Source of the DNA: Patellaria atrata CBS 101060
Lineage: Eukaryota
Direction of reading: 5' to 3'
Assembly: GCA_010093705.1 (NCBI GenBank)
Contig: MU006114.1
Location: forward strand, 62,001-126,000
Length of the DNA stretch: 64,000 nucleotides
Shown: piece by piece, positions 49,574 to 61,859 of the stretch
Layout of the letters: every line of letters begins with the position of its first letter
Numbering within the stretch: the stretch's first letter is position 1
Made by a program: the position numbers and the translations under genes
Notes under the pieces: generated by a model
Database searches by the model: none
What the model was told of the DNA's origin: nothing
Seen by the model: the letters and a program-made list of their open reading frames with translations, nothing else

Positions 49574-50526
49574 GGGGTTGTCGAAATATGCGAATGCATT
49601 GACCGAGGGTTAAAAAGATACGTAGGTGCTGATAATCGTTTTTCAGAAAAGTGTCCAGTTTCGTGGTTGATGGGGCTCCGTGAGAGATTAAAAACGGTTG
49701 AAAAGTTGTAGCCTGAAAGACGCGACTTGCCTCTGGCGCGTTGGAGTGTAAAATTTTAGCTTGTTGACGTAAAAGCAATCACAGATCGAAGGGCGCACTC
49801 CGTATTGCACACAGAGATAAATTCGAGATGTTAATATTACAAAAGTTCTGGATATGTGCAGTACACCTCAGTACGGTATTGCAAGACAGAGGTGCCTGAG
49901 GATTAGCTCCTCTGGACCAAGGATCGTCCGGGCCCACGTAACGAAGGCCGACTGGTCATCAATCATCAGGTGCACAGGATTTGTGCTGTGTTGTCATAAC
50001 CTTCACCCACGCATAAATCCAGGGGCCGTCCCGCAATTATGCAGTGAAATAATCTTAATTTACGCCTACAATCCTCAAAAGGTAAAAACTTCGATATCGC
50101 ATTCGACATCACTTCTACCTGCGTCTTTTGTACAGGTCTACTCCGTACAACAGAAAGGACAACAAGCCTACAAAGGGAAAATGGAGAAGCATCACGGCGG
50201 ACATCCAATGAATCAAGATATTTGTATTACTATATCTGCAGTATTCTTAATATCTTCGGGGGCTACCGTGCGTCCCCCTTGCGTTTCCTTGATCGAATCA
50301 AAAGTTTGAGTAGAGAATTCTTACAAAAACGAGATGCGGACGCCTCGCGGCCGCTAAAAGGGGTATCTAAGTGCTACACAGCCAAGGAGTTTGAGCAGAA
50401 ATTTCAATCCGCCAGAGTTCCTCAAACCCTCGACATGTTTTCCAATGCAAAAGTAGAGATGTGAATATGCAAATTCGTCATCTTCCAAGTCTATCATCCA
50501 GAATCTTATGTATGACTTCTTAGCAA

Positions 50527-52116
50527 TCACAATGGGGTCTCTGTGCCCATGGAAAGCCCATCCTCTATTCGAAGTGTGGGAGGCCTCTTTTGAGATGCCT
50601 TCCTTTGCTCCCTCCATTGTGATGTAATTTCTTCTCTGACACCTTTACTCCAAACCAGAATCGCCGTGTCGAAGTCTCTCCATGCTTTGCTATCCGTATC
50701 CTGAACAACACCCATAACATCGAATTTTAGCTTTATCTCCCATCGAAGTTGAGCGGCTTTCATCCAGAACTTGAGGTTCTCTGCACGTCGATATGGCTTG
50801 GCAGTATCGGTATGATAGACCTTGATTTCTTCGAACTGGCGGCGGGACTTTTCAACGAGGATGTTATGTAGTTTTACCAGCTTCAATCCGTTCTGAAATA
50901 TTCTCAGGAAAGGCGTAGGTAACTCTGTACCGTCGGAAGGCTCCGTCCATGTTGGAAGCTCCTCAGGACCTGGATCAAATGATCTCAGGAATAGCCATTC
51001 TCTTTCCCTCTCCCGTCCTGTCCAGTCGCCACTCTGCCAACTCCACTTTTCTCGCTCTTCAATTTCAACCTTTTCCTTCTCTTCTTCGGTTGTTAGCAAG
51101 TTGCCGATATTAGATATCCAGTTTGCTATGGCGTCACGCTCAGTGCCTCGTATACCCCCAGCAAAGTTCCGTGTTGCCATACGTTTAAGTATGTCAAGAA
51201 CCCCGTAAAGGTCGCGTCGTAACTGACGTTCTGACACAATAGAATATAGCCGTTGTGGTGCATCGTGGGCAGTATAGTAAGTTCTTGCTGCTTTGATAGC
51301 TAGAGTGGCAATATCCAAGAGATGGAGGCCTTCAATCTCATAAAACCCTTGTCCCTCTGTTGCACTGCTCTGGTCCCCTCCAGAGGTTTGATTCCCACTG
51401 TAAGAACGCTTTTCCGTCTCTTTTAGTACTTTTTGGGCATCCTCTAAAGCTTCTCTAAGTTCTCTTCGAAGTACTACCATATCGGGCGGAGGAGGTACAT
51501 AAGCCGGTCTATGCTTGTACGTACTAACTGTCGGGGGAAGCATCATTGGCTCTTGGTAATCCCAGTTCTGGACTGCGTCGTCCTGCTCGATAGGACTTTC
51601 CATGAAGTTACTCTTGCCATCATCAAATGAAAAGATAGAATCACCCGTTGGAGAACTTGGTTCTTTTCCTATTGTTGGGGAAGGTAACGATAGTCTTTTC
51701 CCCATAATTGGCGAAGGTAGTTCTAGCGACGGGCTTGCTGGACTCTGTGCGGATACTGAACGTTCGGTGCTGCCAGCAGCGCCTGATTTACGCGCCTTCG
51801 CAAGTTGCGCACCCTTTCCGTCTAGTAACCCTGTTCGTGCGAAATAGTATTGTAAATGCGCTATTGTTCCCAAACTCATGACGCTATCCCGATTCCTCGC
51901 CGATTCCGCGAACATGGTGCCCTCAGGCCTCATGTATCCACGTCTTCTTCCTGCCCCGCCATCTGATAGTCTTGAGCTTGAAGAGCGGCCGGATACAGAC
52001 GATACTGATGACGCGGTCGACACTGATCGGTCAAGCTGCGGGCATGCCCCTATTGCCAAACTTGGAGATACCCAGGCCGGAGGGGAAGAAGGGCGTTCGA
52101 TGATTTCGTCGGCCAT
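50527..52116 (-). CDS. Conserved fungal protein with C-terminal calponin-homology-like domain
   Basis: First ATG at 52116 (the ORF track starts at an upstream GTG). RRRGYMRPEGT..SVMSLGTIAHLQYYFARTG block; C-terminal FQNGLKLVKLHN..PYRRAENLKFWMKAA is CH-like. Confidence 0.75.
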   Translation of the reverse strand: MADEIIERPSSPPAWVSPSLAIGACPQLDRSVSTASSVSSVSGRSSSSRLSDGGAGRRRGYMRPEGTMFAESARNRDSVMSLGTIAHLQYYFARTGLLDGKGAQLAKARKSGAAGSTERSVSAQSPASPSLELPSPIMGKRLSLPSPTIGKEPSSPTGDSIFSFDDGKSNFMESPIEQDDAVQNWDYQEPMMLPPTVSTYKHRPAYVPPPPDMVVLRRELREALEDAQKVLKETEKRSYSGNQTSGGDQSSATEGQGFYEIEGLHLLDIATLAIKAARTYYTAHDAPQRLYSIVSERQLRRDLYGVLDILKRMATRNFAGGIRGTERDAIANWISNIGNLLTTEEEKEKVEIEEREKWSWQSGDWTGREREREWLFLRSFDPGPEELPTWTEPSDGTELPTPFLRIFQNGLKLVKLHNILVEKSRRQFEEIKVYHTDTAKPYRRAENLKFWMKAAQLRWEIKLKFDVMGVVQDTDSKAWRDFDTAILVWSKGVREEITSQWREQRKASQKRPPTLRIEDGLSMGTETPL

Positions 52117-52831
52117 AGTTGTCCGTTGGCAAGCTTCAAAAGCGCTACTGTTTATTGTCACTGGAGGTTGAAACTGGATTTAGACGGTACAAAGGTTATG
52201 TATGCACATTCGTGTGAGGAATTAAAGTAAATAATCGCGTGTTTTGTTAGTTTGTTAGAACATAAGGTAAAGACTTCGAAACGCTTCGCCAGTTGTCTGA
52301 AGAACATTGCGGGAGATGAGTCGTGCTTCAGGGGTCGCTTCTTCCGGAGCAACGCGTTAAAGTTCCGAAAACGCGGCACACGTTAATTATTGCTCACGTA
52401 TTAATCTCGCCCTATAGCAACGGTATGATAATAATTTTCTCTACTCTCTAATTATAATAAGGTACACAATCACTATGGAGTATTGAGGATGGGTTTCAAC
52501 CTGCCGAGTTCACCGTATTCCATGGAGGTGACAAAGTACGGTACCGTACCCCGTAATGCCGCCGTTCCTGAGGTTAATGCCAAACAAATTGATGAGCTAG
52601 AGGGGGATCACCGCGTCTAACGTCATAGCAACCTCAAGATTATGTCGATTTACTTCCTCACTTCTCCTGCGTCGAGCAAGACTTTCACTAATTGTTACGA
52701 AAGACATAAGGAATTGCTATACTAAGACTATAGTAACGAGCACACATCTACATTCGAGCAAACGTTCACGATTCTCATAGTAAGAACATAACTCTTTGAT
52801 GAGACTTTTCTCCACTAGGGCCATACACGAC

Positions 52832-53321
52832 ATGTCCAACCGAGTAAGTAAAGTAATAGGAATAATAAGTAAGACTATCTACTAACTTGAATATCGATCT
52901 CATACAAAGTGACAGGAGAAGTACAAGGTCCGCAACATATAATTAGAACCTTTACTAAAAACAATAACGCTCATTTTCATGTATAGGAGTTTGCTTCCGG
53001 TCAGATTCCCTTCCTGGAACTTACTGCTTCCCATCCTAACAATTCGCAGTCAAGGCACGGTGGAACAAGCAAAAAACCTCAACGTGACTGGATGGGTCCG
53101 AAACGCTTCGGACGGCAGCGTATGTGTAGTCTCAGCTTCTAATGAGGACACCAACTTACATGATATTGATCAAGGTCGAGGGAGAGGCCCAAGGAGACAA
53201 AGGCTCTCTTGACTCCTTCGTGAAGTACCTCAACAAAGGTCCAAGTGCTGCCAATGTATCGAATGTCGAGAAATCAGACCTTGATCCAAAGGATGGCGAA
53301 AGCAGCTTCACGCAGAAATGA
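52832..53321 (+). CDS. Acylphosphatase (5 exons; intron 1 lacks a usable AG acceptor)
   Basis: Exons 52832-52843, 52897-52927, 52987-52999, 53050-53119, 53175-53321 give MSNR|ISYKVTGEVQG|VCFR|QGTVEQAKNLNVTGWVRNASDGS|VEGEAQGDKGSLDSFVKYLNKGPSAANVSNVE..., with the GxVQGVxFR and GWVRN signatures. Confidence 0.85.
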
Positions 53322-54049
53322 TGGCATCGCAGCGTCTTGGTACTGGATTCTTCCAGAACCAAGGTCAACCGGAGTGTACTGTAATCGAGATGTAGTAGTT
53401 TTCTCTACAAAAGCAGTGCCAATTCGGGCACAGAATAGATAATAACAAACAGAATATGTTATCATGCAAATCTTTGATCTTTTGAGACGTAGCAAAACTG
53501 GTATAAAAATAGGAGTGATCACATGCGTTGAGGATGGCGATCCACGATAATAGACCGGAATCGGTGTCTCGGTATCCTTCATGCCGTACGGTAGCTCTTC
53601 AGCCGCACACCGACGCCTTGGAACGTTTCTAAGGTACGTAAACCGAAATTCTTCAGCACTCCCCAAGCATTCCAAGTGCTGGCCTCTTTACGAGTTCAGG
53701 TCATGCGATATTATCATATTGAGCGAGTTTTGATGATGGAGGATTCCTTATCTGGGTTTCACTGATTATGTTATTATGTAGGTCTTTCCTAGGCCTTCCG
53801 TATTACACACAGGGCACCGCGTTGACTCAGCCCTTTACGCACGAAGTAGAATCCGAATCTTCGCGATGAATGCTCATATGCGCTTTGGTACAGTATAATT
53901 TCTCCTTTCTTTCTCCGATGTCAAGCTGTGCACAACTACTTAAACCCTTTGCTTCCTCTAAGGCAAAAAAAAGCTTTATCTACATTCGAACAACGACTTC
54001 AGCAAGATCTCATAGCATCAAACCTGAGTTTGAACTTTTCATATCGTCT

Positions 54050-55245
54050 ATGTACAAATCAAGTCCATCAGTACCACGTGGCATCTTTGCCTCCAACAAA
54101 GCAGCACCTCAAATATTGAGAGCCTTCCATGGTAGTGTACAAGAAGCTAGTTATGGCTTACGTTCAGCCTTCGTTGTTGTCCACCGGCAATGGGCGACAC
54201 CGTCTCGAGCTTTTTCCACCGCCCCTTCAAACCGTATGAAGGAATTCTTCCCGGAACCCGAGACCAAAAATATCAGGGTAACCGAAGCAGCTTGGCCTCA
54301 TCCCATGTAAGTGAACGTCCAATCAATCATGTTAAATGGGACAGCGGGATCTGACATATACACTTAGCTATACCCAGAAACAATTGGAGAACGTAATCGT
54401 TGCCCACAGGGAAGTGAGAAACAGATCTGATAGGTTTGCTTTAGCTATGGTCCGACTCTTGCGGTGGGGGTTGGATCGTGCTTCCGGCTATCGTCATGGA
54501 AAGGCCAACGAACTCTTAAAGACAGATCCGGCAGAATGGGCTCGAAGGTACGGAATGACCGAGAAGAAATACATGATTAGAAACGTATTCTTGGAAAGTG
54601 TAGCCGGCGTTCCCGGTATGGTTGCCGGGATGCTCAGGCACCTTCACAGTATGAGAAGAATGAAGCGTGACCACGGATGGTAATCATTCGATTTCAATTA
54701 CAGGATGACGAAGCTGTTCTGATCAACTTTATAGGATTGAGACCCTCCTTGAAGAATCGTACAACGAACGGATGCACCTACTGACATTCCTCAAGATGGC
54801 TGAACCTGGTCCGTTCATGAGACTCATGGTGTTAGGTGCTCAGGGAGTCTTCTTCAACGCCATGTTCTTCGCGTATCTGGTCTCCCCACGGACCGCTCAT
54901 CGATTCGTCGGATATCTTGAAGAAGAAGCCGTCCTGACATATACGAGAGAGATTGAAGACATCGACGCTGGGAAGCTCCCCATGTGGGCTAATATGACAG
55001 CTCCAGACATCGCTGTGAAGTACTGGAATATGCCAGAAGGTCACCGTACAATGCGAGATTTACTCCTCTACATTCGCGCTGATGAAGCGAAGCACAGGGA
55101 AGTCAATCATACATTTGGTAATCTTGACCAGAAGAATGATCCCAATCCCTATGTTAGCAAGTATATAAACCCAGAGCTTCCTCACCCGACGAAAGGGATC
55201 GAATATTTGAAACCCACTGGCTGGGAACGCGAGGAAGTGATCTAG
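54050..55245 (+). CDS. aod-1: Mitochondrial alternative oxidase
   Basis: Presequence-like N-terminus; introns 54307-54367 and 54680-54734. Di-iron motifs [53 protein letters not shown]. In-frame ATGs at 53870 and 53918 make the start slightly uncertain. Confidence 0.96.
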
Positions 55246-56205
55246 AGATCATCTTTTGGGTTCATTGGACATAATTACCTGGTATAAGGCGCTCGGCGTT
55301 TCGCGGACACTCCATTCTCTGGTTCTACAAGGTGTACTGTATAATATTATTGACATGGGAAATGTAGGATTACTTCTCTTTTACCATCGGATAGACTATT
55401 CGGAAAATACCCTTTGATGGAAAATAATTCATTCACATACTATTACGGCCTTCCGCTGAAACCCAGGATCATAAGGGGCTACCTTTTGATCCGGTGATGT
55501 ATAAGAATACACTTTCATGATTCGAGATCTGTTATCGACCATTTGCTCCACGATCAATACACTTCTGCAGTCATTTCCAGGAAGTCTCAGAACAATGTAT
55601 GAGTTGATTATCAATATATCCATTCTGGCCATTTCTCAAGTTGTAGTGCTTTGGCGGTTATCTCTAGCTCGTCGACAGATGGAAAGTGTCTTTTCTAAGG
55701 AAACCCCATTGCCGAAGGTGGTACGGCGTTGTAAGAACCTTGAATCAAGCAGAACATATGCAAGCACGGCAGTATCAGATGTTGCTCACCGTTGGTCTGC
55801 AGTATCCTAGTCTTGTGCTACGGGCACAAGGGCAATCTGGAGAACGCCACCAGATTTAACGTGTAAGTATAGATACATGTACAAGACTATTCCTTTGGCT
55901 CAATTGACTTTTAACTCTTGAACTCTGCACCACTTCATGCTTTAGGCTTAAAACGTGTTTCCATGCGTCTACGTAATTATGCTTTAAACAGATATTACCG
56001 TCAACAATATTAGAGAACTTCCAACTCATTGTATTATGATATTGATCTATCAATCAGGCTTCCACAATAGTTCATCTTAAATACTTCCTCCTTCTGTTCG
56101 TACAGTTCTATGTTGGTTTTATCTACGGTACTAATGTATGCTGACGTTTCGGATACTGGCGGGATAGCACCCTGCCGATCCCTCTATGACTTCTACACGA
56201 CACTT

Positions 56206-57238
56206 CCCCGCATTCTTTAGCACTCGAAGAAGTTCCCAATACCTTACAAGAAGACCTCAATAATCGGCAACCGTTAATGCACAATCTATTAGACTACAAC
56301 CAATCATCTATCTAGCGTTACTTGGCTATTACTGTATCATACAAGCGTCACGATGGAGCTCGAAGCAATTGGAAGCAGCTAATGTCTAGCAAGGCGCCTC
56401 ATCCTTCAAGTTACCGTGACCCGAGGATTGCTCGAATCTTGAACGAACATCAGCTCTAACACTACGATCTAAGTCTGCCGGTTTCCTTCAGACAAGACTT
56501 TCCCCAACTCATCAACGAGCGAGGTCTCATTATTCCAGGGAAGGATAGCTAAGCTCCTGCATCATGTACACCCCGCATCGAGCTGACTCTACAGCTTATT
56601 GCGGATGAACCACCCTACAGAAGCTCTCAAAATGTCGAGCATGAGGGCTTGCAGATTCTTCTGATTGATTCCCAGATTTACCGTATGCGTACTGGTGAGG
56701 TCTCTCCATATCGTTAACTTTGAATGGTAGATTTGAGCCTATGTTCTTCAGAACGGACGGCTAGCTCTTAATTTGAACACTTCCCGTTATACGGTCTATA
56801 TTGTGCTCACAGGATGACCTCGCCTTTGATACGTATGCTAGTAAACCGTTCCATCCGTTTAACAGTAGATCCATGCGGGGACGTACCATGCAAGTGGAAG
56901 CCCCTGCTTTTATTTCCTTTTCCAGAACGCAATGCCTTCCCTACATGGTATGCTCCCACTTACATCCCGTGTCGACGCGGCTAATGAGGGGCTCAGGGTG
57001 ATATTCGATATTCTCATCAAACTCAGAAATACTCTTGAGCTCATACGCAGCTCACCCAGCGGGGTTTGTACCTCTACTTCGGTCTTCATGAGTCTCAATG
57101 TACCAGAGCTTCTTGACTCGCCTTGCCAATCCAACAGGTAGTAGAATACCCTGAACCACCTGCATAGTCTCTAGGGTTTTCTAGTACTCCTCCACTTAGT
57201 TCGATCTCACTGTTCCAGTTTCCCGTACAGATGCGGGG
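56206..57238. promoter_or_regulatory. Four ATGCGGGG/CCCCGCAT boxes (CreA/Mig1-type SYGGRG) upstream of alcohol oxidase
   Basis: CCCCGCAT at 56206 and 56571, ATGCGGGG at 56873 and 57231, plus GCGGGG at 57059. Confidence 0.6.
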
Positions 57239-57361
57239 TCAATTGCCCATTAAATACGCTGATATGTCTCCTGAGTTTCCAATATCCATAGATCAGACAG
57301 CCTGCTATTCGGGAGCTGTATCAATCAACAACAAACTGTGAAGTTTCAAGAACCTGTCAAA

Positions 57362-59863
57362 ATGACTGTCCCCGATGAAGTTGATATCATTGTCTGTGGT
57401 GGAGGGTCTTGCGGGTAACTCTCAGAACAGAGAAGGATGGTTTTTAGAAACTTACTAATTTGATCTCTTAGTTGTGTCGTCGCTGGTCGACTAGCGAATT
57501 TAGACCATAAGCTTCAGGTGTTGCTCATAGAAGCCGGAGAGAGCAACTTGAACAACCCATGGTAAGGCAACTTATAGAGATCAGCCATTTGTGCAAGGAG
57601 ACTAACACTTCCAAGGGTCTATCGACCTGGAATTTACCCCCGTAACATGAAGTTGGACAGCAAGACTGCCACATTCTACTACTCACGTCCTTCCGAATGG
57701 CTTGGAGGTCGCCGTGCCGTAGTTCCTTGCGCCCACGTACTTGGTGGTGGATCTTCTATCAATTTCATGGTGGGAATACTGTAACCTCATTGAGACGAGC
57801 TATCATAAGCTAAGAATTACATGCAGATGTACACTAGAGCTTCAGCTTCAGATTATGATGATTTCCAGGCCAAAGGTTGGACTACCAAGGAGCTTATCCC
57901 TCTAATGAAAAAGCACGAAACGTATCAAAGGGCTTGTATGTCAATAGCCTATTCTTAGTCCGAAGCATTCTCATAATAACTGCTCTTCAGGTAACAATAG
58001 AGACATTCACGGTTTCGAGGGGCCAATCAAAGTTTCATTCGGCAACTACACATATCCTATCATGCAAGATTTCCTTCGAGCCACCGAATCTCAGGGCATT
58101 CCTACCACAGATGATCTTCAAGATCTTGTTACTGGCCACGGCGCTGAGCATTGGTTAAAGTGGATCAACAGGTAATAGAGGAAGAGAGATATGGGTTTTG
58201 GGATGCTAATCAGTCTCAGGGATACCGGCCGACGGTCCGATTCCGCTCACGGTTATATCCATAGCACACGTGCAAACCATCAAAATCTACATCTTGTCTG
58301 CAACAATAAAGTCGACAAGGTCATTATCGAGGGAGGTCGTGCTGTCGGAGTTAGGGTAGTGCCCACCAAACCGCTACACCCCTCTGAGAGACAGGCAAAG
58401 GTCTACAGGGCTCGCAAACAGATTATCGTGAGCGGAGGAACGCTGAGCTCACCTCTTATTCTACAGAGGTCTGGCATTGGTGAGTGATACTCTGAGTAAT
58501 GACCTCGCCATGTTCACTTATACTCGTTAGGTGACCCACAGAAACTTCGCAAGGCTGGCGTCAAACCCCTCGTAGACCTTCCGGGAGTCGGTCTGAACTT
58601 CCAGGATCATTATCTCACGTGTAAGTTTGAAGAAAATTAAAATATCTCTTCCAAGTTAACAGTAAGAAGTTGCTACCTATCGTGCCAAACCACATGTTGA
58701 ATCATTCGATGACTTCGTCCGTGGTGACCCTGCAACCCAAAAAGCCGTATTTGAGCAATGGAACGTTAACGGTACTGGTCCGTTGGCTACTAACGGCATC
58801 GAAGCCGGCGTCAAAGTCCGGCCCACTGAAGAAGAACTTAGGGAGATTGACAGTTGGCCATTCCCGGAATTCCGATCCGGTTGGGACAGCTACTTCAAGG
58901 ACAAACCCGACAAGCCGGTTATGCACTATTCCGTCATTGCAGGTTGGTTCGGTGACCACATGCTCATGCCGCCTGGGAAGTTCTTCACCATGTTCCATTT
59001 CTTGGAGTACCCGTTTTCTCGTGGTTCGACACACATCACAAGTCCGGATCCGTACGAGGCTCCCGATTTCGATGCTGGCTTTATGAACGATAAGAGGGAT
59101 ATGGCACCTATGGTTTGGGGTTACATCAAGTCTAGAGAGACGGCAAGGAGGATGGATGCGTATGCGGGTGAGGTAAGTTGTTCGGTCTTAATTACGCTCT
59201 TCCTGCACTAGCATTCACATCTCATGATTATCATAGGTCACCGCCATGCATCCGTTCTACACATTCGACTCTCCAGCTCGCGCTCTCGACATGGATCTCG
59301 CGACCACCAATGCATATGCCGGTCCCAACCACATCACCGCAGGCATCCAGCACGGTAAGCTCTCCTAACTTCCATCCCCACCTCCTTCCCTTCTCCGTAG
59401 CATCAGCGACTAACACCTCCCAGGCTCCTGGTCTATGCCCCTCACCGAAGGCAAGCAGGTCTCCCCCAACTTCCTCAACAGCAACTCCCAATCCGTGCGC
59501 CACGACCTCCAATACAGCAAAGCCGACCTCCTCGCCATCGAAGAGTGGGTCAAGCGCCACGTCGAAACGACCTGGCACTCGCTGGGTACCTGCTCGATGG
59601 CGCCCCGCGAAGGCAACTCCATCGTCAAGCACGGTGTGCTGGACGAGAGGCTCAACGTGCATGGCGTGAAAGGGTTGAAGGTCGCGGACTTGAGTATCTG
59701 CCCGGATAATGTCGGGTGCAATACGTACAGTACCGCGCTGCTTATCGGGGAGAAGTGTGCGGTGCTCACCGCGGAGGACCTTGGGTATTCGGGCGCAGCG
59801 TTGGATATGAAAGTGCCGAATTATCATGCGCCGAGGGAGGTGGTTGGCTTAAGTAGGTTGTAG
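57362..59863 (+). CDS. AOX1: Peroxisomal alcohol (methanol) oxidase, GMC oxidoreductase AA3_3
   Basis: Ten exons (introns 57415-57471, 57562-57615, 57770-57826, 57936-57990, 58172-58219, 58480-58530, 58621-58669, 59173-59236, 59355-59423). MTVPDEVDIIVCGGGSCGCVVAGRLANLD..LGGGSSINFMMYTRASASDYDD..ETTWHSLGTCSM..DNVGCNTYSTALLIGEK; C-terminal PTS1 SRL. Confidence 0.97.
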
Positions 59864-60846
59864 GTCGTAGGTCGTGTTGACCGGATCTTGTAAAAGGAGA
59901 GATGGATCGTGTTTGATGGGTTATGTATGCACGCTAGGCTACGATACGATCGTTCTTTTCTTGCGATTGCTTTTTGTGAGGTTGATGTAGCCTTGTGGTT
60001 GGTGATTCTACTTGCTCCAATGAATATAAAGGGTTTCTGTTGAGGATCTATCTTGTTCTAGTGTTCCCCCTTCGACACGTACGAGTTGAAAGGCAATTGG
60101 GCCGCCTCAAGAGCTCATAGAGCTATTATTTATTTCGTTTCCAGACGTGTTTTATAAGTTTTGGTGCCGTATGCACTCTCCTTAACTGACCTCATGCACT
60201 CCCTGCCTATAGCACCTCTTTTCCCACATATACTAGATAAACACCTCATGCGGCATTCCATCTCAAGACCTCACACCTACAGAAAGGCCTTATCTCATAC
60301 GTACGGAGAAAATGGCGTAAAACGCATACCTATATCAAACCACCTGACAGTCGACGCTAGGGACTAACCCGTCATTAGTGCGACTCCACCGTATCCATCA
60401 ACTCATCGGAAGGTACATGAGAACTTGACTCACCGTGTACTGTATCACTAGATGGTGTGTACCGATCTCACGCAACTTCTTCTTGGTTAAATCTCTCGCT
60501 GATGCAACGACTATGAAGCTCAAGGAGCGTACTGTATGCACGGAGAGATTCTGGGCCTTTGAACCCGCTTGCAGGCAAAACGGTCTGGAGATGGGTGAAG
60601 AAACTCGTCCTAGTTTCGAAGTTGATATAGGCTATATCCATTGGCACATTGAGACACTCCCTGTTCTTGTAGAGTGAACGACCACGACGTTGCAATCCGT
60701 GATAGAGTACGAAAATGTCTTAAACAAATCTTTGAAGGGTATATAAAAGCTATGGTGCAGATTTTTGGCTTACCGCAACCCCAAAACGCCATGCAGAACT
60801 GCCTTCCCCAAGTACCTTACTCCGCGCTCATTTATAGCATTCCATT

Positions 60847-61639
60847 TTAAATGCACCACCTATAACTTGCATATCTCCCCGCTGTTACAGATCTCCTTAT
60901 AATCTTGACAACTTGTCCTCTCCTCAGGCCAAGGTATTTGGCCATCGGATCTGTGACCTGAATTCTAGGTAACTGACTCTCCTTTAGTCTGTATCTTTCC
61001 AGTAGTTTGGCTTTCTCCTCCTTGCTAAGTAGAACGTGCTTCGGGACTAGCTCATGACGTGTGATGTTGACAAGTAGATCTTGTTCTAAGAAAGTTTCGA
61101 TAATGCGAGGGAGGACCGTAGGTATAATCTTAAGTGCGGACGGCGTGACCGGAACTGCTGATATAAAGACTCCAGTGTAGAATTGGTTCTGATCGACGTG
61201 TTGGCAGAATTGTCGAAGTTGTTTTATACCCACATTGGCATCCCCGTTGAATTCGACCCAGATAGTGCCAATCGCCGAAGGAGAATCTGGAGCTTTCGGG
61301 TCTTTGTACTTCTCGATCATGTCCTCAGTAGGACGAGCAGAGAAGGCCATTTTCTTGCGACTGGAACGGGAGCAACCTAAGTTAGGACCATATATGGTAT
61401 CGCGGCAACATTAGAGCTTACTCGGGATAACCGCTCCCATCAGCATATTGCTCTCGAAATTGCTCCAGGCTGATCTGGATCTCTTCATCGAGCAGCTCGT
61501 AACCCTTGACGAAGTTAGTTTGCAGAGAAACTCTACAGCTTCGAGAAAGTCTCACCCTGTCCTTGCACATTTCCCGAGCTGTTCGCCATGCTCGCCAGAG
61601 ACGAACGAGTTCTTTTGATCCTTCACTAGAGTCGTCCAT
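60847..61639 (-). CDS. RPB5: RNA polymerases I/II/III shared subunit RPABC1
   Basis: Introns 61555-61505 and 61421-61361. [80 protein letters not shown]. Confidence 0.97.
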
Positions 61640-61859
61640 GTTGAAGCGAAGGGTGATAAGGTATGGAAGGAAATAAAGATGATATGGAAGGAAGTAAGGA
61701 TGATATAGTCGAACAAAAAAAAGGTTTCGGCTTAATCAGTCAACGCGGCGATACCTTAGCTTGGCGTTGCGGCATGCATTTTCGCGTTGACCTTCAACCT
61801 CATTACAGTACATTCATAGCTCAGCGCGTCGCTATTCCACCGCAAGCTAAGGATCAAGA
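61640..61859. promoter_or_regulatory. 220-bp bidirectional promoter between divergent RPB5 and PPM1, with a 21-bp tandem duplication
   Basis: ATGs at 61639 (-) and 61860 (+). TATGGAAGGAAATAAAGATGA / TATGGAAGGAAGTAAGGATGA at 61662-61703. Confidence 0.7.

Noticed and set aside
52537..52550. 14-bp palindrome GTACGGTACCGTAC and scattered GTACAGTAC runs (about 2340, 19290, 41470)
   Set aside because: Low-complexity GTAC-rich motifs with no paired termini or TSDs; not enough for an element or site call.
53550..53615. AOD2/AOD5-type CGG-N7-CGG induction motif upstream of alternative oxidase
   Set aside because: CGG/CCG triplets here are spaced N3, N5 and N4, not N7.
55429..55860. Minus-strand ORF fragments between the two oxidases
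   Set aside because: Interrupted in all frames and no family recognisable.
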